NCBI GenBank assembly: GCA_000165425.1
Contig: CT868665.1
Span: 124,001-188,000, forward strand
Length of the DNA stretch: 64,000 nt
Reading direction: 5' to 3'
Origin: Paramecium tetraurelia
Taxonomy: Eukaryota
Position 1 is the stretch's first letter, and each line of letters begins with the position of its first letter. Below are positions 42,230-58,512 of this stretch, one piece after another. The notes under the pieces are model-generated. The model was given only the letters and a program-made list of their open reading frames with translations, was not told the origin of the DNA and searched no databases. The position numbers were made by a program, and so were the translations under genes.

Positions 42230-43281
42230 TTTAGGTTTTTGCTTATAATTATTTGATTATAACAAACACTTATGGATGAGTATGATGATGCAGTTTGTAA
42301 CAACGACTTTCTAACATTATTCATATGAATTACATTTAAAGTTTCATCAATGATTCCATCTAATTCAACCTTTTACTAGTGCTTTTTCAAGAATTGAATC
42401 AATTTGGTATCATTAACTTTTTAAGAATTATTTAGAAAATAATATAAAAACAGTTCTAAAGATATCTTTCCTGAAAATTCCTTTTATTATCATCTATCAA
42501 ATGTTCTGTTCTTTTTGATTTTGTTCGAATTATAATATTTCTTATTCTTTGTTTGAAATCGAATTATAAAAATTCATTAACTCTTTATTTAATTGGTTAA
42601 TTGATCAGTTAAATCTATTTTGAATCATCACAATATTGAACTTGAAATGTTTCCATCATTTATGCTTTTTCAATGAAGCTCTACACTATGGCATTACAAG
42701 ATAATTTTTAAAATTATTTTCTTCTGATAATCTCTTGTTGAAATTTAAATTAATCATCTAGTAGTATCATAATAGAAAATTTAAAAAATTAAGACCAAAA
42801 CAAATTGGATTCATGAGTGTCCACTGCCAGATTAAAAACAAATATTGGTATTAACATCAAATAAAGAGTTTTAATATCGAATGAATTTATGATTCTAAGT
42901 TTGAGTTAAAATTTTACGCGAGTGTTCCTAAGCTAATAAAATAATCATCTAAGTAGGTATCTAAATTTGGTGGAATTTTCATTAGTCGATTGAAAGGGTA
43001 AAAAAAGTTACAAAGTTCAACAATTACAAGTAATAGGTATTTATATTAACTAGATGTTTTTTTCACGTATTTATAAGAAACTATGATAAAAATAAATCCA
43101 AAAGCATTAAAAGCAAAGGATGACCAATTATTTTCCAACCCTTTTTAAATTGCAAATATAAGAAGCAATAATGAAATCAACACCTTTTAATTGTGCTAAA
43201 TTTTGATTGTTTACTGATTTTTATTTGAGTGAATTATTTCTCTTACTTTTTATCAAGTATTTTATGAAAAAATAATGTCAT
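42230..43281 (-). pseudogene. Disrupted multi-pass membrane gene relic (similar style to 2056-3951)
   Basis: Hydrophobic helices (VLISLLLLIFAI, FAFNAFGFIFII) can be read only by switching frames; internal TGAs. Confidence 0.33.
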
Positions 43282-43379
43282 ATATTTTAATAATTAAATT
43301 ATATTTTTAATGAGAGATCAGATATTATGAAATAATAGCAAAAACAATAGCATTATCACTTTTGTGGATAGAATTCAAA

Positions 43380-43991
43380 TCAATCATCTTATTAAGCTTA
43401 TATAATTCGTTATAATATAACTTTTTCCAAACCCATAGAATTTCTAAACATAATCTATTCATTCAATCCGAACTTCTTTTTAACTAAATTTGAATGAGGA
43501 AAAATCTCATCCATATATGAAAATTCTTCGAAATTGAAATATGGCTTAAAGTCCTGTCTTCTTGAATGAATTTAAGATAGTTTATATTATTATAACTTAT
43601 TTGCTTATTAAACATAATTGCATATCTATTATTAGAGTTAAAATTTATCCTTTGTATTAAGGTTAATTTGATAGGAGGGTCTTGGCATTTTCTTTGCTTT
43701 CGGCCTTGGAATTTTATCAACATTCATTTTTTATCTTCTTAACTAATTAATCACTTAAGTGGGAGGTAATCTAAGCTATCTCTACTAATGTAACTAGCTG
43801 ACCATGTTGTCGTAAGAGTCGTTTTCGGTTTTTAAATATTAATTTATTTGTGAATGCTTATCACTCTTAACATATTGAGTGATTGAAGCATTCTTATCTT
43901 ATTTAAAGGATAGCTAGGTTTTGGATGTCCCAAGAAGTTGTTTATGAGTTTGCTTTTCTAGAAATATGATGGGAAGAATTTCTTTATTCAT
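43380..43991 (-). CDS. Hypothetical protein, 203 aa
   Basis: Intronless code-6 ORF MNKEILPIIFLEKQ...IQAQQDD* (612 nt). Confidence 0.6.
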
Positions 43992-44528
43992 CAAGTACAA
44001 TTTAATTATTAATAAATCAAAATAAAGAATGGATTTTATAAATGGATAAAGGAGAGCATAATAGGTAAATGAGCCAACAAAAGAAAAGGGAAAATGTAGT
44101 TATATGAAACTTTTAGTTACATAAATATTCAATTAATATAAAAAATTACTATAGTTTGAAATGGGAAATATTCGTTTTGAGCAATTATGGACTATTCTTA
44201 CTTTTTAAAGATAAATTATATTCAAAATATAATTCAATAGATATTAATTTGAAAAATAGAATATATATATAATTTTGGAGAGAATATGTATATATATATA
44301 TTATTTTAAGATTTATCTTTATTGGTTTTGTTATTTTATCTTAGTGGAACCTCAAAGCAACAATTTTAACTTTTTGGGAAAACATTCTCAATCAATAGAG
44401 AAGTTAAAACAATATTAAAGAATAATCCTAATTATTATCTCTTTTTTAAATCAACTTGAAATTGAATTTTATCTAATCTATTTCTATAGTTATAGAAATT
44501 ATTTTAAGATAAAATTATATAATTATAA

Positions 44529-46438
44529 ATGTAATAAGAGGATAATAAAAGAAAAGTTAGATTTGAAGGCGAGGAAGAAGAGAGGAGAGATGATGACGAT
44601 ATTAATAGGAATCCAAATAATAAGAAATGTCCAATAATTGGTGTAAATGATTAATTTTTGGATCCTTGTATTAAATACAATTTATGAAAGATGCTGTGAA
44701 AACATCATTAAAAGAAGAAGAAGCATTGGAATAAGAAAACGAAATAGTTTAATTTACAATATCTGAAGGAATAACAGCGGAAGAATTGATATAAAATTTA
44801 GATATTAGATTATATCCAGAAAGAGATCCAATTAAGAATAATAAATGTATTCAAAGGATTATATTTTGTAGTTGTTCCAGCTGTCCTTTCTTTAAAGACC
44901 AAAAAAGTTTCTAATAATTTAGACAGGCCCCCAATAGATTTAGTATGCGTAGTTGATGTAAGTGGGAGCATGATTGGTAGGAAAATTAATCTAGTAAAGG
45001 ATTCTTTAAGATATTTAATGAAAATATTAGGTCCTGAAGATAGAATCTGCATTATTGTATTTACGACTGTCGCTCATATAGTTACTTCATTTATTAGAAA
45101 TACTCAAGAGAACAAACCATTATTAAAAAAGGCAATTCTTGAATTAAAAGGGTTGGCATCTACAAATATAAGCGATGGAATGAATAAGGCTTTATGGATG
45201 TTAAAGAATAGGAAATATAAAAACCCTGTTTCTTGCATATTTTTATTATCTGATGGTTAAGATGATTATAAAGGAGCAGAATAGAGAGTTTTCGATTAGC
45301 TATAATTGTTGAAAATAGAGGAGAAATTTGTGATTCATACTTTTGGGTATGGATAGGATCATGATGCTTATGTAATGAATCAAATAGCAAAATATAGAGA
45401 AGGAAATTTTTATTATATAGATAACATAAATAAAGTAACATGAATTCATGATTATAAGGCTAGCGATTATTTTATACTTGCAATGAGCGGAATGTTATCC
45501 ATATATGCCTAAAATGTTAGTATTAACTTAAAATCCAATGACTGTGAAATAGTTAAAGCTTTTGGTGAGGGATAGGTGTGGTATAAATAAGACGCGAATA
45601 ATTATAAGATTTAATTAAATTATTTATTAGAAGGAGAAAGCAAGGATTTTGTGTTTGAATTATTTGTAAAAGAAGATTATACCTTAAATCATATAAACCT
45701 GCAAATTGAAATAAATGGATAATTGCTTAAATAAAATTTAGAATTTAGAAAAGATTCAAATTTTCAAATTAATGTATCCTAAGAAAAAGAAGGTTAATTA
45801 AATGAACATGTGGAAATTAATTATTAGAGAGCTAAAGCTGGACACGCCATAGGAGAAGCATGCCATTAAGCATAACAAAAGCAGTATTAGCAGGCTTAAG
45901 AATTGATAGAACTTCAAATTTAATAAATTAAATAATCTCCTCATCTTGATAGTCTAGCATTGAAGATAGCTTTAGAAGACTTAGAAAAATGTAAAATGTA
46001 TTGCAAACCAAAAATATTTGAAATGGAAGGGGAAGCATTTTTAATGAAAAAAGAACGAAACCATATTGTTAGATAATCTTCTTTAAGTAAGTTTGATCAA
46101 TTATGCAATTAGCTAATCTTTGTGATTGGAATGATGATCAATAATAAAATATGGAGCATTTATAAAATGGAGATTTGCAGTTAAGTGCAGCCGGAAGTAT
46201 AAAGGGTTCTGATTCTGAGGTTTCTTCATAGCCAGACTTTTAAAGGGACATAGATTTTGATAATTTTGATCCAAAATTCATCATTAAATAATTACTAAAA
46301 ATGAAACAATTTAAAAAAGAATAATTAGAACAGGAGGATGAAGAAGATGATAAAAAAATTGAATTATTGAAAGAATAATTGATTTTAGAGTAATAAGAAG
46401 AAATTGAAGAATAAGAAGTTGCAAATTAGAGTTAATGA
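44529..46438 (+). CDS. von Willebrand factor A (vWA) domain protein with an acidic tail
   Basis: MIDAS motif RPPIDLVCVVDVSGSM, then STNISDGM, IFLLSDGQD and IHTFGYGQDHD; several micro-introns. Confidence 0.9.
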
Positions 46439-46477
46439 AATAATAAACATTAATAATAAATAATTATAAAATACATT

Positions 46478-47284
46478 ATGTCTGATTAAATATAAGAATA
46501 TAAAGCTTGCTGGAAGTCAGCAGTTGATGCTGCTGAAAAAGAATTAGCTTAGCTTTACTCTTAATTTATTTAAAGTGATGGTGAACTTTTCAAAGAAAAT
46601 TTGCAAAATTAGAATCAATTAGTGTAACCATCTCCATATTATAATAAGTAAGCGCAATGAGGTTTAAAATGAGCCACGCCCTTAGGATAATAATAATAAT
46701 GATGAGGAAGAGGACTAATAAGATTAGATTGGTCATCAATCAAACATAGCAACATCTACAACAAAAGAAGACTTTGTAGTGAATTAAGAAATTAAAAGAG
46801 AACTTATTAGAGAAGTGCCATTTAAAGATGAAATACTTTATATTTATAGAATAACATATTAGAATGGAGATGTCTATGAAGGAGAGTTATTAAATGATTT
46901 AAAGGATGGATTAGGAACATATTACTATGAAAATGGGGAAAAATATGATGGATTATTTTCAGAAGATCTTATTCATGGCTATGGAAAATATTTCTTTATT
47001 GGAGGTCACAAATACGAAGGAGATTGGTATTAGGGAGAAAAATTTGGGATGGGAATTTTAGATTTCAGTACAGGAGACAGATATATAGGAGAGTTTTACA
47101 AAGATGCATTTGACGGGGATGGTAAATTAATGAGTAATCAATAGGGACTTTTGAGTACAAGAATGGAGATGTGTTCAAAGGCTAATGGAAAAAAGGAAAG
47201 AAGAATGGTCCTGGAGAGATGAGATACAAAGACAAAAGGGTTGTTATAGGGGATTGGATTGATGATGAGTTATAGCCCTTTTGA
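46478..47284 (+). CDS. MORN-repeat protein
   Basis: Tandem repeats NGDVYEGELLNDLKDGLGTYYY, NGEKYDGLF..HGYG, YEGDWYQGEKFGMG and further copies. Confidence 0.88.
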
Positions 47285-47595
47285 TATTAAATACTATCAA
47301 TTCTATATTAGAATTAAGTTTGATAGATTATTGATATCTTTTCTTTATTTCCAATTTTTATCATTATTCACTTAGGTTCTAATTTTGATCTTCTATAAAG
47401 CAAATCTGTAGGAATCAGCAACTTCAATAATAGCGAAATTTTTTCACTTTGATATCTATATAAATTTTATTTAGTTTTCGTTTACCACCCATTCTGAGAT
47501 AAACAGTAATTATATGAAATTTTAAATATAGAATGAATAATTTGTAATTACCATGATATAAGGTTATAAAAATTGCAATTAATAATTAATTAAGT

Positions 47596-49503
47596 TCAGC
47601 CCAACATTGATGCTTCCTAGACTTCCAATTATTTGTTTCCATTTTTTTACACTTTCAAAATTTGGCTTATAGTCTAATTTTTAGATTAAATTATTACTTT
47701 TCTGCATAAATAGCATTCATTTGATTTTTATATAACATCTTCAGCACACTGTTAACAAATGCCTCCATGACGACAGGGTACAAATACTATATTTGGAATA
47801 TTTTCATAGCAAACCAGACATTTGTCTTGATTTACACTTGATTCACCATCTGATTTAATTGATTTGATAGAGCGAACGGGTTCCTCTTCTTATTCTTATT
47901 TTGAAACGGTGGCCGTAATTTCTTCTCTTTTTATTTTTACTTAAATAAGTAGTTTATTTTATACCATTATCAGTAATAGCAGGTTTCTAAATATCTAAAT
48001 CAAGTTCATCTTTTTTTTTATTTATAATCATGGAATTACTGGCTGCAGGTTTTTAGAGTATTTTTTTCCAAGTTTCTCTCACAGTTGAACCCTAAAGATT
48101 TGATCTACCTGATTCTAATTCTTAATGAGATTTTTGTCGTTTTTTGAAATCAAAAGAAGGTTTGTCAAGAACAGCAAAGTAAGTACAAGATAATTTTATC
48201 AGATATAAAGGTATTCCTAACTTTATAAATTCCAGCTTTTTGGATTAATGGGGAGAATTAAGTTATCTAGAATTTGGAGATTGTACAGTTTGTTATTAAT
48301 CAATATCATTTTAGTCTTAGATACCTTAAACATCTTTTAAGTAAGCTCTTATAATAGAATGATTAATATTACTTAATTTATCTGTAGAAACATAGAGTAA
48401 AGATGAGAAGAAATAATGAAAACAAAGTGATCACAACTATATATTTAGCAGTTTCAGTAAGGCTAATTAATTGATTTCCCTCATAAAATTCAGCTGTTCT
48501 TAGTATGAATAAAAAAGGAAACAATGTAAACCCTATAAGCATTATAAATATCCATAGGTTGCCTGCCACTAAAGAATACTTTAAATATATACAGTAATGA
48601 CATTGTTATTTTTTTTTGATGATATTGACTAATGTTTCAATGCAACTGACAAATGAGATAAATAACAATAATGCACAAACTACAAGAAACACCCATAGCA
48701 AGAGAAAGATCTAGATCCATGACCAAGATATTTTTGATTCCCATTTGAGTGTAATTAACAATAGTTAAAGACAACACATAGTTTTTAGGAATTATAAAAT
48801 CTCAATTTATATAATTAAGTTACTAAAGCAGTACTAGTCTTTGTTGGAGTTTTAATTTTTTAGACTAGTTTCATAATCAGGAGTAAAGATGAAACTGCTA
48901 ACATCATAATAGTGATGAAATAGATTTTAAATTCTTACACCTCATAATAAAACACAATAAAGATCTAATAAACATTGATGCATACTTTAAAGAAGAATAG
49001 AAACATAGTTTCTATAAGTTGCCAAATACAATCATCTCCTTTTCTATAGTTATAGTATATCAGAATAAAAATTGTTATTAAGTCCTAAATCCACAATTAT
49101 AAGAGCACGTATCGATGACTGTATTTCCAATGCATATAAGTGAAATAATTTACGAAAAACGCTTGTAGGAATAGATTGAACATAAGAGACTTGATCATTT
49201 AAGCATGACAAGAGATAACCTAATTTTTATTTTGAATACCTTGTCATCTGTAAGAGTAATGATGCTGTTTGTGTAATCTTGTTCCCTATTTTAAGCTTAT
49301 CTCGATTGTCTATTTTCATTTATATAATTCATACAATTCTCTAAAAAGGGGTAGATTTTGACTAAATGTTGGAGATAAAAAATTTCTTCTTCTAGTTGAC
49401 GCTTGTTAATCGTCTTCTATTTGAATTTATGAGGGCCTCATTCTAACCGATCCCAATTATGATTCTGGCATTTAGCTAAAATATAATGAAGGTTTTACAT
49501 CAT
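47596..49503 (-). CDS. Multi-pass membrane protein with a C-terminal C3HC4 RING finger (putative E3 ligase)
   Basis: Many TM helices (LITLKWESKISWSWIQIFLLLW) followed by the RING CLVCYENIPNIVFVPCRHGGICQQCAEDVIQKSNECYLCR. Confidence 0.82.
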
Positions 49504-49594
49504 AGTTTTTGAGATAATATAGTTTATTATCAATATTAATTCAAAAACACTAAAAAATTATTTTTTCATTTTCATTGTTAATAAAACCTGTAAA

Positions 49595-50528
49595 TCACAT
49601 AATCACTACTTTTGTTTAAGCCTCATTTCCTACATTTCCTACGATTTCCAAATATCTAATTTGCATTGCAGCCCTACTATTTAACATTTCAGCAGCTTCC
49701 TTCATCATTTTTGCTGATTACACATTCGATTATGCCATGAGAATTTTGACCTAAGCTGCTCTAAATATTAGGAATAAAATTAAACCTTGTTTCTGTGGCT
49801 ACTTATGCCAACGTATTCTATGTCTGTTAATCCATTTAAATATTATTTATCATGATTGCTTCTATTTCTATACCCCAATCTGTTGAGTGTGTTTCCACAA
49901 ACTCTTTTATCAAGATCTAGATTTCATTTCTTTCTGAAAGCAAGTCTTAAAATGTAAAAGCTCCAATTACACTTCTAATAGACGTTTAGGTTAATCCAAA
50001 AATTGCTTATTCAAAAAAACCATATATATTGAAAATCATTCTTTTTGGCTCTATAACCCTCATATATAAAGAAACACTGACTTCAATTTAAATGTTGTCT
50101 TTTGTTATTACTGATTAATTTTCGTAATTTAACAGTTACGTTCTACAATCAACAATGAATAAAGTATCAGTACAAGGATTCAACTGAAGTATTCCAGCAG
50201 AAGCTACTAATATTAGCAATTTAACTTGTTTTATAATATTTCCCAAAACGTAAAAGTACCCCAGCAAATCCTTGCTGTATTTAACGAAATGTTTTTCCTA
50301 CAATAATGTTATATGGACAATATGTTCCAAAACACTTCAAGCATTCTCCACATTTAAATAAACACTTTTAATATTTCCCATCAAATTCTGGTTCATCTTC
50401 TAGCTCCTCTATTTCCTCTCTTGGATATTTGACATTTTTGTTTTTATCTTAATTTTAGAATTCTTCTTAATTAGCTTGAGGATAGACTAACTTGATTTAT
50501 ATATTGTACTTTTTTGTTAATGATACAT
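49595..50528 (-). CDS. Stomatin/SPFH (band 7) family protein
   Basis: GVLLRFGKY, QSVITKDNI, IRSVIG..QDLLSER, WGIEIE and AAMQIRYLE; Cys-rich region before the SPFH domain. Confidence 0.9.
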
Positions 50529-50612
50529 ATTTATAATTAATTCATTTAGTTATTTTTATATGCGTATTTTTAGAATAGTTTGAATTAGTCTCCATGTTTA
50601 ATAATATAATTA

Positions 50613-52115
50613 ATGATTAGTAAGAACAATCAGGGTTATCATTTGCCTTTGAGTAAAAGTGATGATCTATTGTTTGTACATGATATAGATTAAGAAAAAT
50701 AATAAAATCTTCATGAATCATAATTAAGAAAAAGCAGTTTACATGACTTTGTATTATAGATACCAAAGGAATAAAATCATAAAAGGAACTCACATAATTC
50801 GATAACATTTAATGAAGAGTATAAAAAAGTGAAATTGGTGTATGTATTTATTGTTTAAATTGCAGTCATACTAAGAAAAAAATTCTAACTCAAATTGGAT
50901 AATACGGGTATAATGTTTATATGGCAGAGTATATAATACAGAAGGAGAAAATTTCATTGGAATTAGATTTTTAAGTTATATTAGATTAAGTGATTGACAA
51001 AATTCATTAGTTTGAGGAATAATACAAATCTTGTTATGGAATGAAGATTCACAAAAATAGTTACAAATAGATTGTTCCTGTGTTGATTGAAGAACAATAA
51101 TAAATTGACTAATTTGTAGTAGAGGTAAAAAGATAAAAGCAAGGAAAAGAATCTAAAGATTATAATGATAATTGTGGTATATGTTTAGGAGAGTACATAA
51201 ATAAGTAGAAAGCTTTGAACTGTAGACATGAGTTCTGTTATGAATGCTTACAGAATTATTTAGACAATAAAATTAAGATTGGTTAAGTGCTGGAAATTGA
51301 ATGTCCTCAATAAGGATGTGACAATTATTTTAATGATGAGGCTATAAAGAGCTTAGTAAATGATGAGTAATATCAAAAATATGATAAATTCAAGAAATAA
51401 AAATTGTTAGACAGAGATGAAACAGTTAGGTGGTGTATTAAACCGGGATGTGACAAATTTATTAAGGGAAAAAGTATGTTTAGCAATACTATAAAATGTG
51501 AATGTGGATAGGAGATGTGCTATGAGTGTAGAAGAGAAGATCATCCAGGAATGACATGTGAAGTATAGATTTATAGTTAGCTATAGGAAGCATTAGACAA
51601 ATATTATGAATAAACAATGAAATAATTAGTTATTCAACGATGTCCTAAATGTAAAGCACCTATTCAAAAGAAAGAAGGATGTAATCATATGACTTGTTAT
51701 CAATGCCGCTTTTAGTTTTGTTGGTTATGCAGAGCAAAGTACACAAGAATGCATTTTGATTAAGACAATTGCTTTGGATGTCCAGGTAATAGAGTTAAAG
51801 TTATAGAGAGATAAGCAATTTTCGAGTGATGAACCTTATTCTAGACCAAGATGGAAGAAGTACGGAGGGATCATTTTCGAATTCTTTGCTACCATACTAA
51901 TTCTACCAATAATTCCATTCATTTTAATTTATTATAGTGTGATGACTCCTCTGAAATTAGTTAAACATTTTAATCGACAATATTACAGACAAATGGAAGA
52001 TGGGGATAAAATGTGCTTACTCTTACTTGGAGTAATGTTTTTCCCTGTAATCATGGTGTTCTTGATCTGTCCAGGACTACTTCTGCTGGTGGCGTATAAG
52101 ATTAAATATGATTGA
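50613..52115 (+). CDS. RBR (RING-IBR-RING2) E3 ubiquitin ligase with C-terminal TM helices
   Basis: RING1 CGIC..CRHEFCYEC..CPQQGC, IBR WCIKPGC..CECGQEMCYEC..H..TC, and RING2 CPKCKAPIQKKEGCNHMTC..C..FCWLC. Confidence 0.93.
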
Positions 52116-52184
52116 TTATAATTAAATCGTACTCACATCAAACATTGCTTGTTTAGTATTGATCTTATAATTATCAAAAGGAAA

Positions 52185-53342
52185 ATGTTAAAATTAACAG
52201 AAATTATGGATTCGACTTGCAATTTTTGTGAGTATCAATATGTACAAAAAACACTAAATTAGGACTTTGCAGTCATCATAAAAAAAGCACTCTATGAGAA
52301 GTATTCGTCTTCGCAGAATTATACATACATTCGAATTATCAACGATCTAATATTTGCTCGTAGAAGTCGTATCACCAATACATTCAAAGACTATCTCTTT
52401 TGGGATTACCATGATGAGTACATGGAGAACTACTTCCGTTCTCCAAATGATTTACTCTACGATACTATCAAATCGAATGTATTGGTTGTAACTTAAAATA
52501 GACGAGCAGTCCCAAAAATTTGTGCCCCGCATATTTCATACTCCTATTGCCAAAACCATGGATAATTACTATAATCCCAAAATTCGATAATCTCGAAAAT
52601 ACTCCAATGCCAATTCCATTAGCGTTTCAAAAATACTGCAGAGCAGTCTTATCAAAAAGTAACAGTATCACATATTATGTTAAGACTATAATAATATAGT
52701 TCATAAGGGTCCATCTTTTATATCAAAAACCAGCTCAATGATATTGTCACAAATAGTTCATTATCTTTTCAAACAATTAACAAGTATTTCATTCCTAATT
52801 GTAGTAAGTAGGAGGTTGGAGTCCAGTTAAGAGTAATTTATTAGAAATTCTGTGACCGCAGACAGGAAATCAAAAAATAAAAGTAGAATAAGAGAAGTTA
52901 AGCTCATTCCATTGACAAAGAAACTCAAACTTAAGGATTTCAATTCATACCTATAATTTATCACAAAGACAAACAATTTCTATAAAAGATCATCAAATAA
53001 TAAAAGGAAAAAGAGTCTACAAAAATCTAGTTTCAAAAATTGAACAAACAAAATAAAGCATCCAGATACAGAAATAGTGTAGAAATCAATAATAACAGAT
53101 ATGGTTCTGCATCTAAAATCTCCCAGTAATCAACTGCTAGAGTCTATGAATCCTATGCTTCAAGTCGATACAATTCTACTACCACATAACAAAAACTTAT
53201 TCGATCATAACGTACTAAATCTTAAACTCAAGATTCAAATAACATTACAAAGGCTTTAGAAAGTTAATTCAATAATTAAGTTGATGTTAGATAAACATTA
53301 AAGAAGTTTGATAGCGGAACAAAATAAAAAAAAGTTAAATGA
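52185..53342 (+). CDS. Hypothetical protein (ciliate-type family; LYEKYSSSQNY..IINDLIF..FKDYLFWD motif)
   Basis: Coding-like code-6 frame ending KVK* at 53340-53342; the start could be 52185 or 52206. Confidence 0.62.
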
Positions 53343-53497
53343 ACTTCTTTTTATATTTTTATTATATCTATTCATAAAAATATATCATCATCAAATCTAA
53401 TTATGTATAATATATGTCTAGACCACTTCTTATCATTAGTATTTGTAATTAAGATCATTTTATAGTAACACTATTATTACAATATTAAAAATACAAA

Positions 53498-53772
53498 ATG
53501 TAATAACCATCTTAACTATAATAATCCTCATGGTCAAATAATGACGAAGTAACTGTACTATAATTTAGAATGACTTAGAACAAAATGCAGATGGCAACTA
53601 AAGCAAGCATCAAGAAGGATCACGAAAAAAGAAGAAACAAGATGAGCATAAGCAATTCGAAGAAAGATTGAAAAATATTCCTGTTGGGTAAAAGCCTGAT
53701 CCTAAAGCATATCCAGAAGAATGGATTAACAAGTGGAGATAACTGTTGCTAAAATAACAAAATAAGAAATGA
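53498..53772 (+). CDS. Small hypothetical protein, about 84 aa, with a 20-nt intron
   Basis: MQQPSQLQQSSWSNNDE|NDLEQ...PEEWINKWRQLLLKQQNKK*. Confidence 0.55.
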
Positions 53773-53793
53773 CATATATAAAATTATATAAAT

Positions 53794-55618
<1,825 letters not shown>

Positions 55619-55763
55619 TTATAAAATAATATTGTGAATACAATTAGGTCGTTTATAAGTTAATTGCATGAATAAGGCAATGGGAGATATTTTATTTAAA
55701 AAGAAATTCAAACTTATTATTATATATAAATTTTTATTGTTGCTATTTATAGAGAAATATTGA

Positions 55764-56705
55764 ATGAATATTATTTAGAAATATTCAGATTTATAAAATT
55801 CTTTGGAGCTCTTAAATAGTGAACCATAATAGTTGAATTCAAATGATGTTTATGAATATGTCGCAATTGATATTTCACCAAATTTAGAATGGTTGGCAGT
55901 TGGCGGTCTCTATATTGATAATATCGTTCTGTGGAAGATAAGTTACTAAAGTGAAACAAAGGTGATAGGAACTTAGATGAATGAAGACTTAGGATAATTA
56001 GAATTTTCAAACGATTCAGTGTTTCTGGCAGCTTGTGGATCTAGCACAAAGATAATAATTTGGAATATGAAAGATTTAGATGAAAATCCTGCTATTTTAG
56101 ATGGACACTAATCAAGAATTTGGAGAATTTAATTCTTCAATAAACCTCAATTCGATATTTTGTGTTCTGGAAGTTCGGACTCATCAGTGAAGATATGGAA
56201 TGTTACAAACAGATAATTATTGTAAAGTTTTAATATGAATGAAGATAATTAAATATATAGTATAGGAGTATCTGTTATGAATGAGTGGATTGTAACGACA
56301 GGAAATGATTCAAGAGCTTTGATTTTAGACAGTAAAAGGTTGAAGTTGCTGTCATAATATAAAATCTGCGACAATTAATTATACTAAGTAGGATTTCCTT
56401 ATCATACTTCACAATACTATGCTTGTTCCGGCATGGATGAGTATGTTAGAATATTATCGAAAAATAAATTAATAAGAAAGATAAAGTTCCCAGAAAACTG
56501 GAAATGGCAAATTGAATTCACTTGTCAATCCCTCTTAGCTATATCTAGCATAAACTCTATATGGTTTTGGGATATTAGCAGAGGTATTCTATTGAAAGTG
56601 GTAGAAAACTTATTTTATACTTATCCTTCATTTCGTTTTAAGTATTTGGAAAAAGGAATCTGTGCGACAGCCAGCAAAACTATGATAAAATTGTGGATAA
56701 AGTGA
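55764..56705 (+). CDS. WD40-repeat protein, 313 aa
   Basis: LDGHQSRIWRI..LCSGSSDSSVKIWN and several further ..IIW/..FWD repeats; intronless 942-nt ORF. Confidence 0.85.
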
Positions 56706-56728
56706 TTATAATGTTGTATATCACTAAT

Positions 56729-56948
56729 TCAAAATTAATGAGGTTCTCCTTAAGTAGGTAGCAATCCAAATCTCTTTTTAAGTTCAACTCGATATTTCTA
56801 ATTGACATCATCAGGACTAAATCTAGCTGATTAATAGATCATTTGTTGTACCAGGATGAGCATTGAATGTATATGAACCATCTTCAAGAGTATTCTTCAA
56901 AGTATAGACTCGTTTGCCCTCCTCATTCAAATAATACCTCAAATGCAT
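56729..56948 (-). CDS. NOP10: H/ACA snoRNP subunit Nop10
   Basis: [44 protein letters not shown], with one 25-nt intron. Confidence 0.95.
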
Positions 56949-57031
56949 TTTTATTAATAGTTTATAATAAATTGGGGTTTTTTTTATGTATTATATATAT
57001 AGGGATACATAAAAGATATTAATTAAATATA

Positions 57032-58434
57032 ATGGATTAGACGAAGGAACAAATCTAAGAATACTTTAATGTTTTTGACAAGGATGGAAGTGGTTTCATA
57101 GATAAGGAGGAAATTAAGGATTTGGCAAAAAATGTTGGACTCGATTGGAATGATCATAAGTTGGAGAAAGTGATACTTCTTAATATCATAGATTATTTCA
57201 GCTCTTGATACAAATGGAGATGGAAAGATTTCATTTGAAGAATTTTACGAATACTTTTTATATGGTGAATAGAAAGAAATGGACGAATTGATGGAGATGA
57301 AGTTTTAACATATAAAAAGTGTTAAGACTCTTCAAAAATAAATAAGTTAAGATTATGGTTTGATAATTTAATTTATAATCTAGCACACATCCTTTAAAAG
57401 AATAAAGAAGAAGGAAAACAATAGTATTCTGTATCCTTGAATATTGGAGATAAATCTAATTTATAATATGTTGTAGAATTTGCTCTTAGAATTGGTGAAG
57501 AGAATACCAACTTTACCGAGTCTCTTCTGAAACACTTCGAATAAATTGATAATAATGTAGAATTTTCTTTCCAACTTAGACTATTTAAATAGTTATTAGA
57601 TACTAATGTTATAATCCTGAGGTGCTGAAAGGAAAGCTTTAAGAACTTTTCGAAACCTTAGTTGAAATTGGTCTTAATATGATGCCTCTTTAACTCTCAT
57701 AGCAATTAGCAAATTTAAAAGATGATTTAAAAATAGATTACGCCACTTTACCTGATGAATTATTGATTCGAATATATTTGGATAATGAAATTATAGATAA
57801 ACTTGTTTTGGTTTATAGATAATTATCAGGAATGTTTATTTAGGAGAATACTTCAATATTAGCCAAACTGAAAATTTGTAAAAGATTTTTAGATAATTAG
57901 AAACTGTTGAAAAGTTCTAAAATACCGATCCAGAATTTTTGAAGAATCTTGGCAGAGGACTTCAAGCTAACTTTGATGTCACTACCTCAAGCGATCTTGT
58001 AAAATTGTTTTATTTATCATTACAGGTCGAATATGCCCGATAAATTTATTCTACTCTATTGGCGAAATATCATGGAACATATAAGGTAAAGTTTTTAGAA
58101 CATCTAACACCATTCACTATGATTAACAACGCTAGATTACAATTCAATTTCGAGACATTTCAAGATTTAGTAGAGGAAATAGGATCTCCTTTCTTAAATT
58201 ATTTAAATTAATAACTTGCGATATCTTCAAATTAAAATAATAATAATAATGAGTTCAGCCAAATACTTAACTAAACACCAATAGCTAATGATTTCCTAAA
58301 TTTGTTGAAATCAGAAAAAAAAGGTATAATTAATATCTAAAATTTCAAGGACCAGTTGATTTAGTATTGATATCAAAAGAAGCCTCAATAACCATGACAG
58401 ATGCGTCAAATGTGGTTTGATTAATATTAATTGA
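57032..58434 (+). CDS. EF-hand protein (N-terminal EF pair plus an uncharacterised C-terminal region)
   Basis: FNVFDKDGSGFIDKEE and LDTNGDGKISFEEF; multiple micro-introns. Confidence 0.8.
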
Positions 58435-58512
58435 AAATTGAGCATCACATTTATAAAAATTATAGCATTCCAAAGACGTGGATATAGATAAATTTACAAT
58501 AATTAAAATATA

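Noticed and set aside
47672..47698. Possible stopless 24-nt intron just after the RING domain
   Set aside because: The frame is open whether or not it is spliced, so it cannot be decided from DNA alone.
40284..52115. Possible ubiquitin-system cluster (otubain, membrane RING, RBR ligase)
   Set aside because: The genes are interspersed with unrelated ones and belong to very large families; no evidence beyond chance.
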